Of a stretch of DNA of 64,000 bases, positions 19,008 to 26,388 are shown one piece after another. The notes under the pieces are model-generated. The model was not told the DNA's origin and did no database searches. It saw nothing but the letters and a program-made list of their open reading frames with translations. A program made the translations under genes and the position numbers. Positions within the stretch are counted from its first letter, which is position 1. The number at the start of each line of letters is the position of its first letter. Source of the stretch: a virus; the IMG/VR virus record IMGVR_UViG_3300022204_000004, positions 12,922 through 76,921 of that record. The stretch is one strand, 5' to 3'.

Positions 19008-19331
19008 TTAATTAATCCCCTTTAATAGCTTACACCTCGGTACCTGTACAAAGCCTGACCTAACAATACCAAGAGGCGATGATACAATACCAGCCTCCAT
19101 AAGAGATGCCAATATTCCTCCATTCTCAGAATAGTCCTTGATGAAAACCTCATCAGACTCCAATTCCCTGTCAGGTAAATTCACTGAAGCCATAGCAATA
19201 GGTTCTCCACCATCACTATCTACCAACTCCAATGCCTTCCTACCATTTACATATTGTTGTAACAACACATCACAGTTCCACTCCCGAAACTTACATGTGC
19301 CTATCTTTTTGTTGAAAAAATCTCTTTCCAT
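19008..19331 (-). CDS. DUF4313-like protein
   Basis: Y.NG..ALEL....GEP.A..SVNLP....FIKDYSEN.G....L...GI......RSGFV. Confidence 0.65.
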   Translation of the reverse strand: MERDFFNKKIGTCKFREWNCDVLLQQYVNGRKALELVDSDGGEPIAMASVNLPDRELESDEVFIKDYSENGGILASLMEAGIVSSPLGIVRSGFVQVPRCKLLKGIN

Positions 19332-19363
19332 TTGTTATAATTTATTTATCCTAAAAACCAATT

Positions 19364-19727
19364 AAAAGTGGCTCCCTATAACCACTTTACAATAATGAGC
19401 ATAAACGCTGATAAGCCACTCCAAGCCTATCCAAAGCATCTAACAACAACTATAAGCCTACCCGTTAGCAATCAAACAAGTCTAATTATTAACCAAATAA
19501 TGAACAGATAAGCAGAGAATAGCAGCGTCTAGACAGTTCGCTTCGTGTGTCTTAGTGTGGCTTAATAGCTATAGAGATATAATACTATATATACTCTCTT
19601 TAGCTTAAATCAGCGTTAAGCCCAGTGTTTATGAGGGTTTACAGCGATTTAACGGCTTGAAAAAGTGGTTCTGTGTGACCACTTTCTATCCAATATTAGC
19701 CAAAAGTGGTCCGTAATAACCACTTTT
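19364..19727. promoter_or_regulatory. Three palindromic boxes AAAAGTGGY-N8-ACCACTTT; putative replication origin/operators
   Basis: Copies at 19364-19388, 19661-19685, 19702-19727; AT-rich stretch at 19570-19600; directly upstream of the RepL-like gene. Confidence 0.7.
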
Positions 19728-19754
19728 TATGTTGTCTATATCAGTCTAATAATG

Positions 19755-19762
19755 TATATTTG
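19755..19762 (+). promoter_or_regulatory. Bacteroidota -7 promoter box for the repL-like gene
   Basis: TATATTTG matches TAnnTTTG. Confidence 0.65.
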
Positions 19763-19784
19763 ACTGTTCGCAAAACAACATATT

Positions 19785-20189
19785 ATGGCAAGTAACCTAG
19801 AGATCCATTCTCACATATCGACTTATCTTGAGAGCCAACGTACAGACATCCTAACGGATGACTTCGGTTACTCTACCTACACGGCTCCCAATACAATGTT
19901 CCACATGCATAATGCAATGCCCGAGATCATGATAGCTATGCCTCCTCGCGTCCTCAAGGTTTGGCTTCGTAGTATCTCTCGTCTTAAACGAAACCACGAC
20001 CCTGTTATTGCCTGTACCATTGTCATGGGCTACACGCACTACAAGGATATCGTGTCCAAAGGCTCCTACTACAAAGCCGTTAAACAGCTTGAAGAGGACA
20101 AGTTTCTGATACCTACCCTCAATAAAAAGATTTATATTGTTAATGTTAAGCATGTCAACAAACTTTATAAGCCTAAGTTTGAGATATAG
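19785..20189 (+). CDS. RepL-like winged-helix replication protein
   Basis: VSKGSYYKAVKQLEEDKFLI....KIYIVN wHTH pattern; lone plus-strand gene in the left arm. Confidence 0.6.
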   Translation: MASNLEIHSHISTYLESQRTDILTDDFGYSTYTAPNTMFHMHNAMPEIMIAMPPRVLKVWLRSISRLKRNHDPVIACTIVMGYTHYKDIVSKGSYYKAVKQLEEDKFLIPTLNKKIYIVNVKHVNKLYKPKFEI

Positions 20190-20193
20190 TTTG

Positions 20194-20275
20194 TATATTT
20201 GACATGCATAATGATGGTGTTTTTGCGAACAACTTCATAACAGAGCCACTTAAACTTCCTGCTAAGTGGCTCTTG
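20194..20275 (+). ncRNA. Putative sRNA antisense to the repL-like 5' UTR and start codon
   Basis: TATATTTG box 20194-20201; 20207-20231 complementary to 19765-19787; hairpin AGAGCCACTTA/TAAGTGGCTCT 20242-20273. Confidence 0.65.
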
Positions 20276-20279
20276 TCAT

Positions 20280-20810
20280 TTATCTTTGTTCTGACATTAG
20301 ATTGGGATTAACTATTCTTAAGTTCTCAGAACAGTCTGCCAATTTCTTGACGTTCTTCACAAGCTCATAGCGTAGCCATTCGCCTTTACTACGTGACTCA
20401 AACTTCCATCTGTCAAGCTTAACACCTAATGGGTGCATCATCTCCTCTTTCTTGCTGATGGCCTCATTGACCAGCTCTAGTCGATAATGCTCAGGGATAT
20501 CACTGTTGCCAGTAGGCACAAAGTGCTTTAGCCTGAAAGGGTTCTCATGGATCTCTTGGCTCATGTTGTCGGAGCAATAGGTTGTTCCCACATACTCCTG
20601 ACCAGGCAACAAGTGAGGTGTTGTACCTCGTCTGAGCCTACTGGCCAACTTGTTGCTGAGCTCCACAGTAGCCTGTGTCCATGGAGAGTTCGGAGGAAAC
20701 TGAGTCCTCATACAATAGTAACCTGTCAATGGTTCCATACCATCAACCACTTCGTGTGTTGGGTTTGCTTTAACCAAGCAATACTCAATTCTAACTTCTT
20801 TTGCATTCAT
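20280..20810 (-). CDS. Hypothetical early protein
   Basis: ORF in operon. Confidence 0.65.
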   Translation of the reverse strand: MNAKEVRIEYCLVKANPTHEVVDGMEPLTGYYCMRTQFPPNSPWTQATVELSNKLASRLRRGTTPHLLPGQEYVGTTYCSDNMSQEIHENPFRLKHFVPTGNSDIPEHYRLELVNEAISKKEEMMHPLGVKLDRWKFESRSKGEWLRYELVKNVKKLADCSENLRIVNPNLMSEQR

Positions 20811-20812
20811 AA

Positions 20813-21235
20813 TTAATTATTTGTTTTTGCTGCTCTTTGGCGTACCCAAGGAGCATAGATTAATGTATATCCAAGACCAGCAACAGTCAATGACGCTGCT
20901 ATTGTTGGACCTAATTGTGCGGTAGCTATGAGAGAAGCACCAAAGATGATGACATCAACTGTCTTGTTCCCTTTGATGATTATGTATCTCACATACTTGT
21001 TAGTCTCTGCCAATGCTACCAAGCCGGCTAGAGTTACTATTCCCACGAATAGATATGTGCCTATTGCAGCACCTATTCCTAGTCCTAGTACTGTCAGGCC
21101 ACCAAACACAGCCGCCCCTACGGATAGAGGCAATGGCTGTATCTCTGGCACATCAATAGTCCACTTCTTCTTAGGAGGTGGATCAGTGATACTACCACCC
21201 TGTTCCCAAGGTGGTTTCTTCCAATTCAATCCCAT
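20813..21235 (-). CDS. Multi-pass membrane protein
   Basis: Gly/Ala-rich hydrophobic helices. Confidence 0.65.
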   Translation of the reverse strand: MGLNWKKPPWEQGGSITDPPPKKKWTIDVPEIQPLPLSVGAAVFGGLTVLGLGIGAAIGTYLFVGIVTLAGLVALAETNKYVRYIIIKGNKTVDVIIFGASLIATAQLGPTIAASLTVAGLGYTLIYAPWVRQRAAKTNN

Positions 21236-21236
21236 G

Positions 21237-22151
21237 TTATGCAGGGATAGGTTCTGAAACTGTTACAGCCTTTGGCATGATAGCCTTGACTGTGCTCTTG
21301 ACTGCTCGCTGTGGAGCTGTAAGTATGGCTTTCGCTCTGTCATCTATAGCTTGTTTGATTTGATCACGATCATCATCGGTGATATCAAGCTTGTGAATGA
21401 TAAGGGCTTCGCCATCTCGTAATAGGTCAGTGCCTTTCTGCATCTGTTTCACAATGAACTTACCAATGTTGGTTGCTCCTTGTGCTGGTGTGTGTAGGCT
21501 TGTGCCTAATCCGAATGTTACTGCTCCCGCAGTCTTTCTGCTGTACCAATTCACTTTGGTGAACATGGTTACAGGCTGTTGTACTTGTTGCTCTTGTGGA
21601 GCGGTTGTTTGTTGTTCCATTTCTTTGTGTGTTTTAATGGGTTCAACTATTGGTTGAGGACTTTCCTCAACTTCTTCTTCGTCTATTTCCAACTGTTCTT
21701 CGACAGACTCTATGTCTGCTTCTGATAGTTGTGACTTGGAGTAGACTACTCCATCTGGGTCTACTGCGTAGTCGTCTTGGTCGTCGTCAGGACCGACATC
21801 GTAATGGTCAGTGTATGCCTGTTCATCGGCATACGGATCTTCGTCCGGGTCTTCGTCCTCGACTGTAGCTGTTCCGAAGTTTGGAACAGGTCCGAATGCA
21901 TTCTCAAGGTCGTCCTTGATGTCGCTCGGTAGCTCGGCCACGTCTACTGCTTTAGTGCTCATCGTCGGTGGATTCTCTACTTTGTAATCATCCCCGAAGT
22001 TTGACTTCATAGCTCTGAAGTATTGACCTCTGGTCATCCCGTTATCACGGTCAACTTCTTTACTGTGGATGAAGTGATCTCTACTTCCGTCCTCGAACTC
22101 TAGCATGAAGCCTTTGGCTGTCTCTACTACGATTGCATTTACTTTACTCAT
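21237..22151 (-). CDS. Early protein with highly acidic central region
   Basis: D/E-rich segment EDEDPDEDPYADE...IDEEEVEE. Confidence 0.7.
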   Translation of the reverse strand: MSKVNAIVVETAKGFMLEFEDGSRDHFIHSKEVDRDNGMTRGQYFRAMKSNFGDDYKVENPPTMSTKAVDVAELPSDIKDDLENAFGPVPNFGTATVEDEDPDEDPYADEQAYTDHYDVGPDDDQDDYAVDPDGVVYSKSQLSEADIESVEEQLEIDEEEVEESPQPIVEPIKTHKEMEQQTTAPQEQQVQQPVTMFTKVNWYSRKTAGAVTFGLGTSLHTPAQGATNIGKFIVKQMQKGTDLLRDGEALIIHKLDITDDDRDQIKQAIDDRAKAILTAPQRAVKSTVKAIMPKAVTVSEPIPA

Positions 22152-22190
22152 TTGATTTATATTTAAAGGTTAATAATTATTTATTGTTTA

Positions 22191-22361
22191 CTATTTTGCA
22201 TGGTGTCTGTAGCTTTTATATGCGGCTACGCCTCCATCTATTATTCCGAATATCCCTGCGACTGCATGTTTGATACCGGTGTTGATGACATGTTGTGCAA
22301 CAGCTGTTGTGTTTTCTACTTGTTGCTCTCTCCTTGATTTTGGTGTCTGAATTGTGATCAT
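22191..22361 (-). CDS. Small hypothetical protein, 56 aa
   Basis: Manual translation MITIQTPKSRREQQ...YRHHAK. Confidence 0.5.
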   Translation of the reverse strand: MITIQTPKSRREQQVENTTAVAQHVINTGIKHAVAGIFGIIDGGVAAYKSYRHHAK

Positions 22362-22540
22362 GACTTGTTGTTTTAATTGTTTGTTTGTGTCTCCGTTGGT
22401 CTTAGGCGGTTGACTATACCTCTTGATGACATATCAAGTATCGCTCTTAATATGTCTGTTTGGGTTAATGATTTATAATTGATTTTAATAGTTCTTTAAT
22501 TTCCTTTTTAATAGCCTGATGATTGACAGGCTTAACCTTC

Positions 22541-22813
22541 TTAAGCATTGGTTACGGCTTTTAGTTTCTCTGATTTATCCATGAAATCGACTAGTTTATC
22601 TATGACTTTGGGATTGGTATATACCTTGGCCATTAGATCTACCATAGTTTTGACTTGTTGGATGATTGCTTTGAGCTCTGATTGTTCTTCTTCTGGTGCT
22701 CCTAGCTCTTGCATTGTTACTTCTGCTATGACTTCCATTAAGTTTACTCCTGAGTGTACTAAGGGTACTAATGTGTCACTGATTTCTGATGTGATTTGTT
22801 CTCTTGTTTTCAT
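22541..22813 (-). CDS. Hypothetical helical protein
   Basis: ORF in operon. Confidence 0.6.
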   Translation of the reverse strand: MKTREQITSEISDTLVPLVHSGVNLMEVIAEVTMQELGAPEEEQSELKAIIQQVKTMVDLMAKVYTNPKVIDKLVDFMDKSEKLKAVTNA

Positions 22814-22815
22814 GT

Positions 22816-23016
22816 TTAATTGTATTTATTTATTAATGATTCGATTTTGCGTTCAAGTATTCCTGTCCTAGCCTGTACCTTGGTGTGATAATGGAATGAT
22901 ACATACCTTGGTATTTTCTTAATAGCTCTCTTGAAGTTGAACTCGTTTAATAGCTTGTTGTTTGTAGCTATTTGTTGTTGGTATCTCTCGATACGTTGTT
23001 GAATATTTGCATTCAT
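22816..23016 (-). CDS. Hypothetical protein
   Basis: ORF in operon. Confidence 0.55.
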   Translation of the reverse strand: MNANIQQRIERYQQQIATNNKLLNEFNFKRAIKKIPRYVSFHYHTKVQARTGILERKIESLINKYN

Positions 23017-23056
23017 GATTGTTGTTGTCGATTGATAATCTGCTGACCACAGGTTT

Positions 23057-23170
23057 TTAATTGTTAATACAGTTTATACATATTGTTGTTCCAGGCATTA
23101 ATGGTCCTACGTCGGCATAACAGCCTCCACATTTAGAACATTCTTCAGGGTGATTGCGTGTATCTTCCAT
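23057..23170 (-). CDS. Small CxxC-CxxC zinc-finger protein, 37 aa
   Basis: MEDTRNHPEECSKCGGCY...TICINCINN. Confidence 0.45.
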   Translation of the reverse strand: MEDTRNHPEECSKCGGCYADVGPLMPGTTICINCINN

Positions 23171-23172
23171 GA

Positions 23173-23334
23173 TTAGCGATGTATTGCATAAGCACAAGCG
23201 GAAGGCAGTGACTTAATGAAGTTAATAATGCAGTGAATACGATGTCTGCGAGCAAGTGTAAGTTGCTCTTTTGATTGCAAGTAAGCCTCGTATTGAGCTT
23301 CAGCAATTTCAGGTAATGATGAGTAATGTCTCAT
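23173..23334 (-). CDS. First gene of the leftward arm, 53 aa
   Basis: Manual translation MRHYSSLPEIAEAQY...AIHR. Confidence 0.45.
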   Translation of the reverse strand: MRHYSSLPEIAEAQYEAYLQSKEQLTLARRHRIHCIINFIKSLPSACAYAIHR

Positions 23335-23524
23335 GATTAAAAAGGATTTAGTTAAAACTTAAAAGACTCTCTTTTAAGCGATATATTATTTGAGGGGGGC
23401 TACCCAAAAACGAAACATCGATGGGGATCAAATGATATAGTGTTCCGCGAGCGAGGCTTTTTTAAAAGGGGGGGCTAGTTGTGTGCCACACAGAGGCGTG
23501 GGGGTATTCTTACGGGTCAAAAAA

Positions 23525-23632
23525 TAATTTTGGATAGGTTATGAAGAATTGTTATATTGTGTGGGGATTAATTAATATTTAACCCTTTCCGGAACTTGTC
23601 AGAGAGTATCTTCAAACGGAAAGGGTTTTTTT
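23525..23632 (+). ncRNA. Putative short RNA unit 1
   Basis: TAATTTTG box 23525-23532; stem AACCCTTTCCG/CGGAAAGGGTT 23581-23627 with 25-nt loop and T-tract. Confidence 0.45.
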
Positions 23633-23633
23633 G

Positions 23634-23727
23634 TATATTAGCGGTATTATGAATCAGCTTTAATTAGCTAAGGAGGTTCATGGTAGATTTGGGTGGTTGA
23701 GCGGCAGGGATGTCGCTCACCTTTTTT
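23634..23727 (+). ncRNA. Putative short RNA unit 2
   Basis: TATATTAG variant box; ATGAATC/GGTTCAT stem; terminator GGTTGAGCGGC/GTCGCTCACC plus T6. Confidence 0.45.
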
Positions 23728-23816
23728 ATATGGGTTTTAAAAAAATATCGCGAACCCTACGGGCTGTATATTAGGGTGTTGCGGGGGCGGTGTTTGGATT
23801 ATACATTATTTTTTCA

Positions 23817-23905
23817 TAGTTTTGTTATATAAAATCGATACAACTATGGAGTGTTATTTGAATAACCAAGGATGAAACCCTTACTTTTGCGAGTAGGGGT
23901 TTCTT
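23817..23905 (+). ncRNA. Putative short RNA unit 3 (or 9-aa mini-ORF MECYLNNQG)
   Basis: TAGTTTTG box 23817-23824; stem GAAACCCTTACT/AGTAGGGGTTTC 23874-23903. Confidence 0.4.
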
Positions 23906-24077
23906 AGTTATAGTTGTTAGATATGGAAGAAGAGAAGGAAAAAGAGGGATTTGACATGAGGCACATGTACACCTTTCCAAAGGAATATATTTTCACACAG
24001 AGAGTTTGGTTTGATTACTCAAAATTCTGTAATAATTTAAAAACGTATATTTGATACATAACTTTAAATTTTTTATC

Positions 24078-24431
24078 ATGAAAAACATTTTTAAGTATTG
24101 TTTAATAGGGCTGATTTTGCTCTTCTTTACAACAACGGCCTTTGCGCTATCACAAGACGTTCCTGACGTCGACTATGGAAACCCTAATTATTGGGTTTTA
24201 TTATTAACGCCTTTAGTTGTTCTAGGAGCAACGTCTCTTGTCCACAAATACTTGCCTACGATCCCTGATGTGTTGGTTCTGGCAGTTGTGGGAGTTATAT
24301 CGGCACTCGTTTCTTTACTTAACAACCTACTTATTGCACCTGATATCAGTTGGCTTGAAAGCTTCTTACTAGGACTATCGGCTACGTTTGTGCATCAAGT
24401 TTATAAGAAGATAACCGAAAGCTCTGCATAG
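24078..24431 (+). CDS. Membrane protein with signal peptide (holin-like topology)
   Basis: Signal peptide plus 3 TM helices; TATATTTG box at 24046-24053 supports the 24078 start. Confidence 0.6.
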   Translation: MKNIFKYCLIGLILLFFTTTAFALSQDVPDVDYGNPNYWVLLLTPLVVLGATSLVHKYLPTIPDVLVLAVVGVISALVSLLNNLLIAPDISWLESFLLGLSATFVHQVYKKITESSA

Positions 24432-24504
24432 ATTAAATTAAAAAGGCTATATTTATAGTCTCTAAAAACCTTTTCTGCCCTCAAGTAGAATTAATAGCCA
24501 TTTG

Positions 24505-24533
24505 ACCCTCTTAAGAAATTGAGAGGGTTTTTT
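24505..24533 (+). terminator. Intrinsic terminator
   Basis: ACCCTCTTAA-GAAA-TTGAGAGGGT plus T-tract. Confidence 0.8.
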
Positions 24534-24587
24534 GTGTCTAATATTTATTCATTAGATTTGTTTATTATTAATTAAAAAATCAGAAGA

Positions 24588-25088
24588 ATGGCAAAAGCAA
24601 AACAGAACGGTCAGGAAGACACTCCTAAACCAAGAGGCAAAAAACAGATAAAGGATGCAGTCCTTTATGATGCTTCAGTAAAATCCGAAAATATTCAGGA
24701 AAAGATTTCTGAAGAAAACAAAAGGATTTTTCAATCTAACAACACTTTGGATATTGATGAAGGACTTATCAATATGCCTCCTATCGAACTTTCGGACGAA
24801 GAAAACAAAAGACTTGCAACACAGTCTTTGGAAAAGGAACTTCGTGCAATGGAAATTTCCAACTCTACAACAAAGCATGATAACGGACTGAATGTTTGGA
24901 GACTTGTATCCAAGACAGAGAACAAAATTCTTCAATGGACAAATGTTGTTACTGCAATGAAAATTGGAACAAGTCGTGGTGTTTTGGTTTGTGTAAAAGA
25001 ATCTCATAGTGACAAGGTTTCTTTATCTACTACATTTATACAGAATGGGATATTGGAAGAGAAGGACGGACTTTGGATATTGAAGTAA
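24588..25088 (+). CDS. Hypothetical protein, first gene of the pre-terminase operon
   Basis: TAGATTTG box 24553-24560; ORF. Confidence 0.7.
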   Translation: MAKAKQNGQEDTPKPRGKKQIKDAVLYDASVKSENIQEKISEENKRIFQSNNTLDIDEGLINMPPIELSDEENKRLATQSLEKELRAMEISNSTTKHDNGLNVWRLVSKTENKILQWTNVVTAMKIGTSRGVLVCVKESHSDKVSLSTTFIQNGILEEKDGLWILK

Positions 25089-25089
25089 G

Positions 25090-25527
25090 ATGAAAAAACT
25101 TGATCAACTAACAATAGGACATTTGACTTCTTACGCAGAAATGCTTACTAGGTCAGTACAGGAATTGGATGAATTTGGAATGCAGACTACTGAATGTGCA
25201 ACTAATGGGGGGATAACGGTGAATGAGAGAGATGAGGTACATAAGAAGCTGGTTCAACAAATTCAAATATTTGAGGACAAACGTATATTGCTCGTTAAAG
25301 AGCTTACAAAAAGAATCAAAAGGGATATAGGTGTAAACAGAGGTCCGGGTGATGTCGCAATAATGCTCAATGGCTTAGCGAAAGATTTTCCGATGATAGG
25401 AAGGTCAAAAGCCGAGATAGAACTTTTGAAGAAGAAAGACGAAATCATAGCCAATTCAGAGCCAGAGGTAAAAAAACCCTCAACAAAAGGAAAGTCATCT
25501 GTTAAAGCATCTTTATCTAAAATCTGA
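25090..25527 (+). CDS. Hypothetical protein
   Basis: ORF in operon. Confidence 0.65.
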   Translation: MKKLDQLTIGHLTSYAEMLTRSVQELDEFGMQTTECATNGGITVNERDEVHKKLVQQIQIFEDKRILLVKELTKRIKRDIGVNRGPGDVAIMLNGLAKDFPMIGRSKAEIELLKKKDEIIANSEPEVKKPSTKGKSSVKASLSKI

Positions 25528-26291
25528 TGTATCTAGTAGAATTGGACAAACATACAGGACTTGTCAAAGTTGATGGCGAATTCGATGGCGTAAGAGCTAT
25601 AAAGGAATTTCGTGAAGTTATAAACCATCCCGATCTTGGGGTGGTTTGCTTTACAGCCATAGCCTTAACAGTCGATTATCTTACTCCTATCGCTCATTAC
25701 AAAGAGAGCGACAGACCCTATAAGGCAATGGAGCAAGCTACAAAAGGAAACCGTAGAGCCTTTGTATGGAACCAAGACTTGATACAGGAATGTTTGATAA
25801 AATACAATGAACTACAGTACAATCCCTCTTTAGAAGAAAAGAGGACATTGGACTTTATGTTATTGGAAAAGCTGAAAGAGATTAAAGAGCTCAAGGATCA
25901 GAATGCTACGGAAGGAATGTTGGAAGAGGTTACTGAGGAAACAATCCATGAAGTTCTTATAGATAACCTGGACGTAAAAAAACTTTTGGGAGACCGAGAA
26001 TGGACAAACCTTTCGGAAGTGGCACAAAAGTCATTTATAAGAAAGGCGAACACAAGGATTATAGCACCTTACAATCAAAGGCTAAAAGAGAAAAAGAGTG
26101 AGAAAGATGAAGAAAGAATGCTCGTTCTCTTTAAGCAGTTGAATACGATTAAAGCTTTGATAGAGAATTTCAACAAAGCAAACGAAGACAGTGATTTACT
26201 GGCAGATGGTCCTGTTAGGAACGGATATAAGTTAACTAGATTAGAAGAAAAAGCTGAAAATGAAAACTCATTTTATCACCAAGAACATTAA
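25527..26291 (+). CDS. Hypothetical protein, candidate terminase small subunit
   Basis: Helical protein directly upstream of TerL; positional inference only. Confidence 0.4.
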   Translation: MYLVELDKHTGLVKVDGEFDGVRAIKEFREVINHPDLGVVCFTAIALTVDYLTPIAHYKESDRPYKAMEQATKGNRRAFVWNQDLIQECLIKYNELQYNPSLEEKRTLDFMLLEKLKEIKELKDQNATEGMLEEVTEETIHEVLIDNLDVKKLLGDREWTNLSEVAQKSFIRKANTRIIAPYNQRLKEKKSEKDEERMLVLFKQLNTIKALIENFNKANEDSDLLADGPVRNGYKLTRLEEKAENENSFYHQEH

Positions 26292-26297
26292 GCCCTT

Positions 26298-26372
26298 AAT
26301 TGGATGCGGTTTTTCTTCTGACTTTTTACTTTGTCCAATTTAAAAAGAGGGTCACTTTTGTGGCTCTCTTTT
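26298..26372 (+). ncRNA. 3' UTR stem-loop with antisense loop, followed by terminator
   Basis: Stem AATTGGATG/TGTCCAATT, pyrimidine loop 26307-26331; terminator AAAAGAGGGTCAC/GTGGCTCTCTTTT 26343-26372. Confidence 0.55.
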
Positions 26373-26388
26373 ATTTTATGATTCAACT

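Noticed and set aside
19364-19727. Mini CRISPR array or transposon ends
   Set aside because: Palindromes have variable interiors and irregular spacing; no transposase or cas gene
23394-23504. G-quadruplex as a stand-alone claim
   Set aside because: Loops of 23-41 nt between G-runs are long for a stable canonical G4; kept only as a compositional anomaly
23341-24050. tRNA genes in the intergenic region
   Set aside because: No cloverleaf or T-loop (GTTCGA) pattern found by eye
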